Shown one piece after another: positions 45,648 to 55,900 of a DNA stretch of 64,000 bases. The notes under the pieces were generated by a model. The model searched no databases. It was not told the DNA's origin and saw only the letters and a list, made by a program, of their open reading frames with translations. Every line of letters starts with the position of its first letter. The first letter of the stretch is position 1. A program made the position numbers and the translations under genes. This stretch comes from Candidatus Omnitrophota bacterium (GTDB taxonomy: Bacteria; Omnitrophota; Gorgyraeia; 2-01-FULL-45-10): assembly GCA_026387175.1 (NCBI GenBank), contig JAPLME010000007.1:128487-192486 (forward strand), read 5' to 3'.

Positions 45648-46364
45648 ATGTTAAGAAAAATCATGGTTTCAATAATAGTATGGACGATAAGCATCATGCT
45701 TACTATAACACTCTATTTTGTTATACTGGCGGCGGTGATCTTATTCCCTTTCGATAGAGACAGGAGACGCGCGCATGAGCGGTGCTACTTATGGAGCGAC
45801 TTGATCATGGGGCTGAATCCATTTTGGAAGATCAAAGTATCAGGCCTCGAAAATATTGATCACAATAAGACTTATGTAATAGTGGCAAATCACCAAAGCC
45901 TGGCGGACATTGTCATCCTTTATCAGACAAAGACGCAGTTCAAGTGGGTCGCGAAGGACAGCCTCTTCACCGTACCATTCATCGGATGGTCTCTCTCGCT
46001 TTGCAAACATATACGCATAGCGCGCGGCGAGCTTGGAAGTATAAAAAAGGTTTACAAGGAAGCTCAGGAGTGGTTAAGGAGAGGGATGTCCGTTTTATTC
46101 TTTCCGGAAGGAACACGCAGCGCGACCGGAGAAATGAAAGATTTCCAGAACGGCGCTTTTAAATTAGCGATCAGAGAGAAGCTGCCGGTGCTGCCTATAC
46201 TGTTGGAAAACACCGGCAGCGCTATGCCTAAAGGCAGCTGGCTCTTCGAACCTCAGGCGCCGTCCAGGATGAAAGTATTACCGGCTATCGACACATCTAA
46301 TTTCCAAGATGCCGATTTTGCCCGCCTAAGAGATATAACCCGCTCTATGCTAAAGTCGGCTTAA
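45648..46364 (+). CDS. plsC: 1-acyl-sn-glycerol-3-phosphate acyltransferase
   Basis: HX4D motif (ANHQSLADI) and FPEGTRS. Track start 45639 overlaps the -10 box, so the next in-frame ATG (45648) is the likely, probably leaderless, start. Confidence 0.75.
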   Translation: MLRKIMVSIIVWTISIMLTITLYFVILAAVILFPFDRDRRRAHERCYLWSDLIMGLNPFWKIKVSGLENIDHNKTYVIVANHQSLADIVILYQTKTQFKWVAKDSLFTVPFIGWSLSLCKHIRIARGELGSIKKVYKEAQEWLRRGMSVLFFPEGTRSATGEMKDFQNGAFKLAIREKLPVLPILLENTGSAMPKGSWLFEPQAPSRMKVLPAIDTSNFQDADFARLRDITRSMLKSA

Positions 46365-48840
46365 GGCTCACAGGGACATCCCAAATATCTTTGGCATATT
46401 CCCTGATCGCTCTATCGGATGAGAACTTTCCGCTCCTGGCAACGTTTGTAATGGATTTCTTCGTCCAATCCGTGCCATCCAGGTAAGCCTTCGATACCGT
46501 ATCCTGCATATGACAATAAGCTTCAAAATCCGCGCAGATTAAGAAGTAATCCGTATACATCAGATTCTGCACGATCGGATCGAATAGCCCGAATTCAGAT
46601 TGCGACAGGAAGTTCGACTGTATGAGCTGTAGTATATCCTGCAGCATCTGGGATCGTGCGATATATTCCTGCGGATTATAACCGCGGGATCTTATATCCT
46701 GGATCTCTGCAGTCTTAAGGCCGAAGAGGAATATGTTATCCTCACCCACCTCTTCAGCTATCTCAATATTAGCTCCATCATGTGTTCCTATGGTAAGGGC
46801 GCCGTTTACCATGAATTTCATGCAGCCGGTGCCAGATGCCTCTGTGCCCGCGGTCGATATCTGCTCGGAAAGATCGCTTGCGGGAAATATCTTTTCCGCG
46901 AGAGAGACTCTGTAGTTTTCCAGAAAGACCACTTTCATCATATCTCCTACCGCCTTGTCTTTATTTACAACGGCGGCAAGCGAATTTATGAATTTTATTA
47001 TCAGCTTCGCCATGAAATATCCCGGCGCGGCCTTGCCGCTGAATATAAATGTCCTGGGGAGCGTAACCGATTTCGGATTATTTTTGATCTTAAGGTATTG
47101 CGAGATTATGTATAAACTGAGCAGTAATTGCCTCTTATATTCGTGCAATCTCTTTATCTGTACGTCCAGCAGAGAATCTGTATTTATAGCTATGCCCATC
47201 GTCTTATAAATATACTCGGCAAGGCTCTTTTTATTATCAAGCTTTACCTGGTGCCATTTCTGCCTGAATAAAGCATCGTCTTTGTAAGGCAGGATACGTT
47301 TCAGCTGATATAGATCGCTTACCCAGCCATCGCCGATGGCGTCCGTTATCAGCTCCGAAAGCTTCGGGTTAGCCTTCTGCAGCCATCTTCGCTGCGTTAT
47401 ACCGTTGGTCTTATTATTAAATTTTTCAGGAAAGAATTCGTAGAAATCCTTAAAGAGCTTCGTCTTCAGCAGCTCCGTATGCAGTTCCGACACTCCGTTC
47501 ACGGAATGGCTTCCTATGACGCAGAGATTACCCATCCTCACCTTCCTGGTATCCCCCTCTTCAATTATCGACATGCGCCGCAAGCGGTCGTTATCGCCCG
47601 GGAATTTTATCGCTACATCCTGCAGGAAACGGGCATTTATCTCGTATATTATCTGCAGGTGGCGCGGCAAAAGCGTCTCAAGCAAGCTTACCGGCCAACA
47701 TTCGAGAGCCTCCGGCATTATAGTATGGTTAGTATAGGCGAACGTTCTTACCGTTATATCCCAGGCTTTATCCCAGTCTATGGATTCTTCATCGATAAGT
47801 TTTCTCATCAGTTCCGGTATCGCGATGGCGGGATGAGTATCATTCAATTGAATCGCCGCTTTCTCCGGGAACTTCAAAAGGTCGGAATTCTCCATCTTGA
47901 ACCTGCGCAGGATATCGGCAAGGGACGCCGCCGTGAAAAGGTATTCCTGTTTTAACCTGAGCTCCCTGCCCTGGCTCACGTTATCATTAGGATATAGCAC
48001 CTTAGTGATATTTTCGGTCAGCATCTTATTATAGACGGCCCGTTCATAGTCTCCGTCGTTAAAATAGCTGAGATCAAAATCCTCGCTGGCTATCGCTGAC
48101 CATAGACGGAGCGTATTCACTATATTGTTTTTATATCCGACGACGGGAACATCATAAGGCATCGCGAGAATATCATCGGTATCCACCCAATTAACCCGGG
48201 CCTTTCCGTTCTCATCGCGTGAGGTATGGGTGTGGCCGTTAAAACGGACCTTTATAGTGTATTCAGGCCGGCGGAATTCCCAGGGATTTCCCAGCTTCAG
48301 CCACTCATCTGGATATTCTACCTGATAACCGTTCAGTATCTTCTGATTGAATATGCCGTATTCGTACCTTATGCCGTAACCATGCGACGGTATCGCAAGA
48401 GTGGCCATTGAGTCAAGGAAGCACGCTGCCAATCGTCCTAAGCCGCCGTTGCCGAGGCCGGCGTCCGATTCGCATTCCCGCAGCTCCTCCAGATCGAGGC
48501 CCATATCATTCATCGCCCGCTCGGTCTGATCGAACAGGCCAAGGTTCAGCGTGTTTGTGCCGAGAAGCCTTCCGATAAGGAATTCCAGCGAAAAATAGTA
48601 TACCCTCTTTACATTCTGGTCGTGGTACCTCTGCTGTGTAAGTATCCAGCGCTCAACTATCCTGTCCCTTACCGCCAGAGAAAGCGCGAGATAATCATCA
48701 TGCATAGTAGCGGTGTACTTATCTTTTGCCAGCGTATATTCACGATTGGCCACAAAGGATAACTTCACTCCATCGCTCGTCATATCCTTATATAGCTTAT
48801 TTTCTTCGATTATCTTTGCATTCGTCTTACTCTTTCTCAT
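46345..48840 (-). CDS. glgP: Alpha-glucan (glycogen) phosphorylase
   Basis: PLP-site motif EASGTGCMKFMVNGALTIGTHDGANIEI. Confidence 0.9.
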   Translation of the reverse strand: MRKSKTNAKIIEENKLYKDMTSDGVKLSFVANREYTLAKDKYTATMHDDYLALSLAVRDRIVERWILTQQRYHDQNVKRVYYFSLEFLIGRLLGTNTLNLGLFDQTERAMNDMGLDLEELRECESDAGLGNGGLGRLAACFLDSMATLAIPSHGYGIRYEYGIFNQKILNGYQVEYPDEWLKLGNPWEFRRPEYTIKVRFNGHTHTSRDENGKARVNWVDTDDILAMPYDVPVVGYKNNIVNTLRLWSAIASEDFDLSYFNDGDYERAVYNKMLTENITKVLYPNDNVSQGRELRLKQEYLFTAASLADILRRFKMENSDLLKFPEKAAIQLNDTHPAIAIPELMRKLIDEESIDWDKAWDITVRTFAYTNHTIMPEALECWPVSLLETLLPRHLQIIYEINARFLQDVAIKFPGDNDRLRRMSIIEEGDTRKVRMGNLCVIGSHSVNGVSELHTELLKTKLFKDFYEFFPEKFNNKTNGITQRRWLQKANPKLSELITDAIGDGWVSDLYQLKRILPYKDDALFRQKWHQVKLDNKKSLAEYIYKTMGIAINTDSLLDVQIKRLHEYKRQLLLSLYIISQYLKIKNNPKSVTLPRTFIFSGKAAPGYFMAKLIIKFINSLAAVVNKDKAVGDMMKVVFLENYRVSLAEKIFPASDLSEQISTAGTEASGTGCMKFMVNGALTIGTHDGANIEIAEEVGEDNIFLFGLKTAEIQDIRSRGYNPQEYIARSQMLQDILQLIQSNFLSQSEFGLFDPIVQNLMYTDYFLICADFEAYCHMQDTVSKAYLDGTDWTKKSITNVARSGKFSSDRAIREYAKDIWDVPVSLKPTLA

Positions 48841-48848
48841 ATACTTCC

Positions 48849-50036
48849 TTATGATTTTTGTGAAAGATAGGCCATAGTCGCATGACGGATAGAATCGCTT
48901 CCGAATTTTTTTGTTATCTTGTCGATAGCTATGTGGACGCTCTCCTGTCTCTCGTCGTCCTTTTCACTGAAAAGCGTCTTATCGCTTCCATAAGTCATAT
49001 TTGACGCCCTGACACCGACAAGCCTCAAGCGCTTACCGGACCTATCGAAATTATTATATAAGGCTTTTATCTCTTTGTAAAGAGTATCGGCAAAATTAGT
49101 AGCTTGCGCTAATGTTAAGGACCGGGTGTAAGTCTTAAAACCTTCCAGCCTTATTTTCATGGTAACTGTCCTGCATTTAACCCTGCTGTCGCGCATACGA
49201 GCGGAGACGCTTTCGCATAGCGACATCAAGGCGCCTTCTATTATTTTTTCATTCAATGTATCTTCGCTGAACGTAGTCTCGCTGCTTATCGACTTGGCAA
49301 TGGACTCCGGCTCGACATCCCTCTCATCGATTCCATTCGCAAGCTCCCAGTAATATAAGCCGTTCCTGCCGAATCGACGCTCGAGCTCTTCGGGATCACT
49401 ATCCGCAAGCTCGCCTATAGTCTTTATCCCTATTTTATTGAGTACCTCCTCGGTTTTGCCGCCAAGGCCCCAGATACGTCGTATGTCAAGCGGCCGAAGA
49501 AAGTCCAGAAGGCCCTCTTTGGTAATCTCGACCATGCCATCCGGCTTTTTCAAGTCAGATGCGATCTTCGCGGCCATCTTTGTAGGCGCAAGCCCGACCG
49601 ACGCGGTGAGCCCGGTCTCTTTCTTAATCTTGTATTTTATCTTAAGGCAGGTTTCCAGGGGTGTGAGGCCGAAAAGATGGTAGCTTCCCGATATATCCAG
49701 AAAGGCTTCATCGATACTTGTAGCTTCGACATCAGGCGTGAAAGAATAGAATATCTCGCGTATCTGGTGCGAAAGATCCTGATATTTCTCCATATCCACC
49801 GGCAGGAATATCGCTTTAGGGCACATGCGATAAGCGGTAGATATAGGCATAGCGGAATGTATCCCGAACTTCCTTGCCTCATATGAGCAGGCGGCGACTA
49901 CGCCGCGCCCTTTACCGCTTTTTGGATCAGAGCCGACGATAACAGGCTTGGAACGATATTCAGGATTATCCCGCTGTTCTACAGCGGCGAAGAAAGCGTC
50001 CATATCCACATGGACGATGTAACGCCTTTTTCCCAT
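48849..50036 (-). CDS. dinB: DNA polymerase IV
   Basis: Start IVHVDMDAFFAAVEQ. Full Y-family polymerase. Confidence 0.9.
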   Translation of the reverse strand: MGKRRYIVHVDMDAFFAAVEQRDNPEYRSKPVIVGSDPKSGKGRGVVAACSYEARKFGIHSAMPISTAYRMCPKAIFLPVDMEKYQDLSHQIREIFYSFTPDVEATSIDEAFLDISGSYHLFGLTPLETCLKIKYKIKKETGLTASVGLAPTKMAAKIASDLKKPDGMVEITKEGLLDFLRPLDIRRIWGLGGKTEEVLNKIGIKTIGELADSDPEELERRFGRNGLYYWELANGIDERDVEPESIAKSISSETTFSEDTLNEKIIEGALMSLCESVSARMRDSRVKCRTVTMKIRLEGFKTYTRSLTLAQATNFADTLYKEIKALYNNFDRSGKRLRLVGVRASNMTYGSDKTLFSEKDDERQESVHIAIDKITKKFGSDSIRHATMAYLSQKS

Positions 50037-50063
50037 TAACGCTCGATTCTTTTGACAGCTATT

Positions 50064-50474
50064 TTATTTCGCCTTTAATGACACTAAAGCTTTTTCATTG
50101 TTGCCGGTAGCGAGTATTATCCTTGCGGGACATCCTCCCGGGCACGCCGTTCCGTACATATATTTTATGTCGATCTTCTCCGCGGCTAATTTAGCAGTGA
50201 TGCCCTTAAGCGCTCCGGGCTTATTCTCGAGGTCGACCTCTATAACCTCGTGCTCCTTCGTCTTATTATATCCGGCTTTTTCAAGCGCTTCTTTCGCGCG
50301 AAGAGTATCGGACACTACAAACATTAATTTAGCTTCATTTCCTATTTCATATCCCGCAACACCCTCTATATTTATGCCATGATCGGCCAGGATCCTCGAC
50401 ATAGCGGCCAGAAGACCCACCTTATTCTCGACCGTTACGACTATCTCCTTCGCCAGGTTTACATCTCTTACCAT
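50064..50474 (-). CDS. Tandem ACT domain protein
   Basis: Two ACT-like beta-alpha-beta-beta-alpha-beta units. Confidence 0.55.
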   Translation of the reverse strand: MVRDVNLAKEIVVTVENKVGLLAAMSRILADHGINIEGVAGYEIGNEAKLMFVVSDTLRAKEALEKAGYNKTKEHEVIEVDLENKPGALKGITAKLAAEKIDIKYMYGTACPGGCPARIILATGNNEKALVSLKAK

Positions 50475-50545
50475 GTTTCCCCTTTCTGCCTGCCGTCCTA
50501 CCCGCGCAAATTGAACGGGCGTAAGCGGGCTTTGGCTTTTAACGC

Positions 50546-50574
50546 ATCATACCACGCGGGCCTTTATTATACAA
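50546..50574 (-). promoter_or_regulatory. Candidate promoter (TTGTAT-N17-TGgTATGAT) for the ACT gene
   Basis: Extended -10 in the gap between eda and the ACT gene. Confidence 0.3.
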
Positions 50575-50586
50575 TCAGCCCCGGAT

Positions 50587-51207
50587 CTATTTCGCGTTTG
50601 CGATCAGTTCTTTTATAGAGCGTTCTATGAGCGCGAACTCTTTTTTATCGAGCGAGCTTTTTTTAAATATGCTCCCGCCGAAAGCGACTGCACCGGCGCC
50701 CGAGGCAAAATAGGCCTTTATATTTTCCGCACTTACACCGCCGCATGCGAGAAGCTCTATATCGTTGAACGGCCCTTTTATCTCTTTTATGTATGAGGGG
50801 CCAAACATGGCCGCAGGAAAGACCTTTACCATCGTCGCGCCCAGGCGCCAGGCATTACATATCTCTTGAGGTGTTAACGCTCCCGGAAAGACGGGTATCA
50901 CGTGCTTTACGCAATATTCGATAACATCTTCAACAAGTGTTGGAGAGACTATAAATGTTGCGCCCGCGTCGAGCGCAAGTTTGAGAGCGTCCATATTTAG
51001 GACCGTGCCCGCGCCTATCATGAGCCGGCCCTTCGCCGCCTTGACGGAACGTTTTATCAGAGAGTCTGCGGAATCCGAATTCATCGCGATCTCGATAGTC
51101 TCAAGTCCCGATGAAACGATCGCCTCGGTGAGCTCCTCTATCGGAACTGCTCCCGAACATCTGAGGATACCTAATATCGGAAGCCTTTTAAAACGGCCCA
51201 CATCCAT
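50587..51207 (-). CDS. eda: KDPG/KHG aldolase
   Basis: PILGILRCS...GAGTVL...FIVSP..VFPGALTPQE pattern. Confidence 0.75.
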   Translation of the reverse strand: MDVGRFKRLPILGILRCSGAVPIEELTEAIVSSGLETIEIAMNSDSADSLIKRSVKAAKGRLMIGAGTVLNMDALKLALDAGATFIVSPTLVEDVIEYCVKHVIPVFPGALTPQEICNAWRLGATMVKVFPAAMFGPSYIKEIKGPFNDIELLACGGVSAENIKAYFASGAGAVAFGGSIFKKSSLDKKEFALIERSIKELIANAK

Positions 51208-51209
51208 CT

Positions 51210-52160
51210 TTAGTCAAGGTCCTTGCCTTTTATGCTATCGTAAAACTCCCTGTAATTCTCTTTATTATGGCTTGCGCGAAGCTCCATCGCGGCCTTCGGG
51301 TGCTCATCCAGCATCCCGGTTATGGCGTACGGAATGATATAGCCCCATTCCATCTTCTCCCTTAGCGGTATAAACTCTTTTGATATAAGGTCCAGTATGG
51401 GGCGTATATCATACTTAGGGTTCTTCAGGAAACCTATTAACAGTTCGAGCGGACAATTTCCGGCAGCGCGGCCAAGTCCGTATACCGTACCGTCTACAAA
51501 ATTCACGCCGTGTATTATCGCTTCGATTGTATTCGCGAATCCCAATTGCTGGTTATTGTGGGCATGTATACCTATCTCCTTGGTCTTTATTATCTTCATC
51601 GCTTTCTTAACAAGGAATTCCGTCGTCTCCTGATACAGGGACCCGAAACTATCGACGATATAGATAACATCCGCTTTCGATTCGTTTTCCAGCTGCTCGA
51701 GCGCCTCGGTGATCTCGTTATCGAGCGCGCGCGATATGGCCATTATATTTACAGTCGTCTCGTAACCTTTATTCGCAAACTGGTTTACGAGATGTATGGC
51801 CTTATCGATATCTTTAACGTACGACGCGACCCTTACCATGTCTATGGGTGAATCCTTTTTAGGTTTAATATCGTCGATATCCACCCTGCCGACATCGACC
51901 ATCACCGAGAGCTTCATCTTGGAAGGTATGCCATCTATGATGTCCCTGACCGCATCGTCATCACAGAACTTCCACTTGCCGAACTTTGCTCCGGGAAAGA
52001 GTTTCTTCGAGTTCTTATATCCTATCTCCATGTAATCCACGCCCGCTTCCGAAAGAGCACGATATATTGCCCTCACGAAATGATCGCTGAAATCATGGTC
52101 GTTAATAAGTCCTCCGTCCCGTATGGTGCAATCGAATACTTTTATCTTCTCCCTGAACAT
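51210..52160 (-). CDS. HMGL-like (DRE-TIM metallolyase / pyruvate carboxyltransferase) family protein
   Basis: N-terminal CTIRDGG, HxH later (GIHAHNN). Confidence 0.55.
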   Translation of the reverse strand: MFREKIKVFDCTIRDGGLINDHDFSDHFVRAIYRALSEAGVDYMEIGYKNSKKLFPGAKFGKWKFCDDDAVRDIIDGIPSKMKLSVMVDVGRVDIDDIKPKKDSPIDMVRVASYVKDIDKAIHLVNQFANKGYETTVNIMAISRALDNEITEALEQLENESKADVIYIVDSFGSLYQETTEFLVKKAMKIIKTKEIGIHAHNNQQLGFANTIEAIIHGVNFVDGTVYGLGRAAGNCPLELLIGFLKNPKYDIRPILDLISKEFIPLREKMEWGYIIPYAITGMLDEHPKAAMELRASHNKENYREFYDSIKGKDLD

Positions 52161-52190
52161 TACGCCTCCCTTTGGTGTATGAACCGCCTA

Positions 52191-52646
52191 TTATCGTCCT
52201 GCGTTTTTCGGTTGATTTTTTTCAGCGACCTTTCCCTGTCCGCTTAAAAGTATATCGATAAATTTCGTGGACGGCTCGCGCAGTATCCTGTCATTGGAAT
52301 AAGCCGAGAAGACGTTGAGAGCCTTAAGGTAATCTACCCCCATCACATCTATGTCTATTTTATATTTGTTTCGAACCTCTTCTAAATATTCGGTTATAAA
52401 TTTTTCTTTTTGTTTTTCGGTCAACATATACCACTCGCGCATGGTGACCCTGGAGCCGTCCCATCTGGCTTTTTCTTTCGGAAAGAAAAATACCTCGGGG
52501 GCATTATTCGGATTGTATGAGTATATGCTTTCAAGCGGCATAATAGACGAGCCGGTATCCTGGTCCTCCGACTCTCCCGCATGCGCGAAGTTGCAGAGTA
52601 CTAAGGCTACTATTGAAGTAACAAAAACCGTAGATAACTTTTTCAT
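52191..52646 (-). CDS. Secreted hypothetical protein
   Basis: Signal peptide. No recognisable motif. Confidence 0.4.
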   Translation of the reverse strand: MKKLSTVFVTSIVALVLCNFAHAGESEDQDTGSSIMPLESIYSYNPNNAPEVFFFPKEKARWDGSRVTMREWYMLTEKQKEKFITEYLEEVRNKYKIDIDVMGVDYLKALNVFSAYSNDRILREPSTKFIDILLSGQGKVAEKNQPKNAGR

Positions 52647-52669
52647 AGAATATTACCGCCCCTCACGTC

Positions 52670-52942
52670 CTATTGTCGGCAATAGGGGCATCCAGGGTAT
52701 TCTGCCCCACTGGCTATAACCTCTCTTATATTGACACATGCGAACATGCTTCCGGAAACAGACTGTTGAAGCCCGTGCCTTGCCACGTATACGCTGCAAT
52801 TGTAAGTACCGTCCGCGCGTTTTGTAAGATTAGCGCACGGGTCGCTCGTAGAAGCTCCGCAGCACTCACCGCACCTTTTGCAGAGAGCTTCATACGCTTC
52901 ATTCTGATATTCAAGCTTCTTAAAGTAAGCCAGGTCATCCAT
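52670..52942 (-). CDS. YkgJ/UPF0153 family Cys-rich (Fe-S / Zn) protein
   Basis: CKRCGECCG...C...C...CPYC cluster. Confidence 0.6.
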   Translation of the reverse strand: MDDLAYFKKLEYQNEAYEALCKRCGECCGASTSDPCANLTKRADGTYNCSVYVARHGLQQSVSGSMFACVNIREVIASGAEYPGCPYCRQ

Positions 52943-52994
52943 AATAAATTATGATTATATCACTAAGGCGGAGTTGGGGTCAAGCTGCTGAATA

Positions 52995-55900
52995 TTATGC
53001 GGCGGTTATAACCGCTTTGGCATGCTCGTATATCTGTCTTAATTCTTCCGCGTCTATAGGTGTAATCGGCAGGAGTTTTATCAGTTTCTTTAAGGAGGCG
53101 ATTATCTTATTAATATCGCCTGTTGCGAGGGCAATAATATCGTCCGAGGTAAGGTTAAAATTCTTCAGGTCGTTTGCATCACATACGTTTTTCAACTCTT
53201 CCAGTATCTCCAGCTGTATCTTGTCTTTGAAAGCTTGATCTCTGGTTATATCGATTCCCTTCTCCTTTATCTCTTGCGCAATATCCATCATCTTTAATCC
53301 CAGTATGGTTGCCCTTATTAGTCCCGCGGGATCGTTCTGCAGGCCTATGGGAGAAAGAATAGTATCCTCAGTCTTTACATTGAGATTTCCAAGCCTTGAA
53401 CGAATAGCGGCCTGGTCGAGCTCTTCGCCTTTAAGAGCCGGGAACAAGGTAATGGTATTTTCCCTCGTCCGTTTAAAGTCTTTCGGTAGAGGCTTCTTTT
53501 CTAAGCCGTATCTCTGATATATGCTTTCGCTCACCTCTCCCGTGCCTGACATGTAGTAGAATTCCACATGCCCATTGGGTGCTTTTTGGAATATCGTGAG
53601 GAAGTTTTTGATATTATCCGTGTTTATGGATTCGACAGCCTCTATAGGAACTCTCACTAGAATATTTTGTTTATCGTCACTGAGCAAGTCCTTAATAAAT
53701 ATTTTGTTTTTATCAATGTAGGTGCTTTGATCTTTAGCTGTAACCGTCCTCCCCTCCTTTGAACTATTAGTTATATTACCTAGTGGCGCTGCAGGGGGCA
53801 ATAACCTAACGATTAAGTGATTGCCTTTAATTGTTATAGGCAATCCATGAATATCTTCTGTTCTCTCTAGCTTTTCAACAAGAGATTTGAATAAATCCTC
53901 GCGCTGTTCTTTTGGTATGCTCTCAACATCTGTATCTACTATGAACATATCTGCTTCCGAACTTTGCTTAAAATAATTTTCAGCGGCCAAAGCGATAAAT
54001 TTGAAGAGCTTGGCTACCGGTACGTATGAATAGCCTCCTGCGTTGCCTTTGGTTATGCCAAAAAATAAAGACGTCTCTCTTACTTCAATACGGCTATTCC
54101 AATTATGGTAGAATGATTTTCGCGTTTCTTCAGGCAGTATTTTTTCTATCTCTTGTTTTAATCGCCCAAATTCGTCATCGAACAATTCCGCCCCATATCC
54201 TTTTCTTGCCAATTTCCTTAATCGATATTCATAATATCTTTCTTCTTCATCTAATTGTTCTATTTTCTCGCGGTCAGCAAATTCCAAAACATCTCTTAAA
54301 ACCGACGGAACCAAATTATTTCGGGTACCCTCATCAGTACCAGTGCCATATCCTGCCATATCCATGGCATTAACTATGCAAAGAATCTTCAGAAATTCAT
54401 CAGGGAAGCCTTTCAATAGACGCGGGACCTTCTTCCCCCTGATAATGTTCCCCAGAGTGTCGTGATGGGTTATTATCCTGCCCACTTCGTCGATAATGTT
54501 TTCTGACGCTACTTCGTCTTTTAATGCTTGAAGCGCCAATTTTGCGCCACGGATAGGATGGTCGGCGTCGCTGACATTTTCTTCCGTATATCCGATATCG
54601 TGCAATATGACGGCCATTATTAAAGCATCTTTCTGCCCGTCTGCCAGCATAGAATAGAAGCCGTATAATTTTTTAATACCCCCGGCATATTCTATTCTGC
54701 TTTCTTTATCCGCCAATTCGAATTTCTTTCCTTTGGTGCGATCGCACAATGTAGCATAGAAATAATCAAAATCCTTATTAATCAATCGGTTAAGGCATTG
54801 GATAACCATCAAAACATGCTCCAATTTATACGGCACGGGCCCCTGGGAATAATCGATCTCCGGAAAAACTTTTGCGATATGCTCTCTGAGTCCTGAAACA
54901 CTTATGGCCTTATTATCTTTTATGTACTTAACCAAAAGATCCAGCTGAATTTTGCGAGATGCATCATTTTTAAACGCTCCATCCGCTGAGGGTCTTGCCT
55001 GAGGCGAGATTGCCATGGTTATTTGTTCAATAAGGCTTTTGCGAATTTCTTTAATGTTGTCGGGGTGCCGCCTTCCCTCCTCAACCCATTTCTTCCACTG
55101 ATCAACATGCTCCAGAAGGATTCTGATCACAGCTTCCTTGAGCTTTTCATCGAGTGGTACCGATGGCTTGATTATGTTCCTGTTTTGATGAAGACTGTAA
55201 ATCATTAATCGGACCCGGTAAGGATCCGTCTCATTAAATACCACCCTGAATATTCCCAAGGCAGATTTCATTTTCTTAAATTTCTCCGCATAGTTTTGTA
55301 TGAGTGCGGTTTCATCAAATCTACTATTCTCAAAGGTGGGTGATAGATTACAAAGAATACCATCGCTAATTCCTTTATAAATAGCGATGAAATCCAGATC
55401 GCTTTTTTTAATTTGTTTGTTTAATTCCTTAAGAACATCGTCCTTAAAAGGGTTAAAAAAATTATAGGGCGATTTTGAAACTACAATTTCTTTTCCCTTT
55501 GAATCCCGGTTATAATATTGCTGCGCAATAAACATATGATTTCGCCAAATCAAAAACTGCGAACGGAAATTATCAGAGCTTTCAAATTTTGGATGGGAAA
55601 GAAAAACATCGGAAATCATGGCTTTTTTCAAGCCGCTAAGCCAATATCTGTAGCCGATGTCATTTTCGTCTGAAAACATAAAGAGCCTGGTATCAAATCC
55701 GCCGATAAGTCGGAACATGTCTGCTCTCACCAATTGAGCCGTTCCCATCATCGTAGGCTCTTTATAATAAAGATTGGGCGCGGCTTTCACTAGAGACTCT
55801 CCACTTCCTTCTAAAAGCGTTTTAATAAATTTCGATGTGTACTCTTCTGCTCTTTGCCGTTGTTCGGGCAAAAGATCGCCATCGATGGGAACCTTCTCAT

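Noticed and set aside
50475-50586. Possible intrinsic terminator after eda
   Set aside because: No stable GC-rich stem followed by a U-tract could be drawn. Only a promoter-like TGgTATGAT element was kept, at low confidence.
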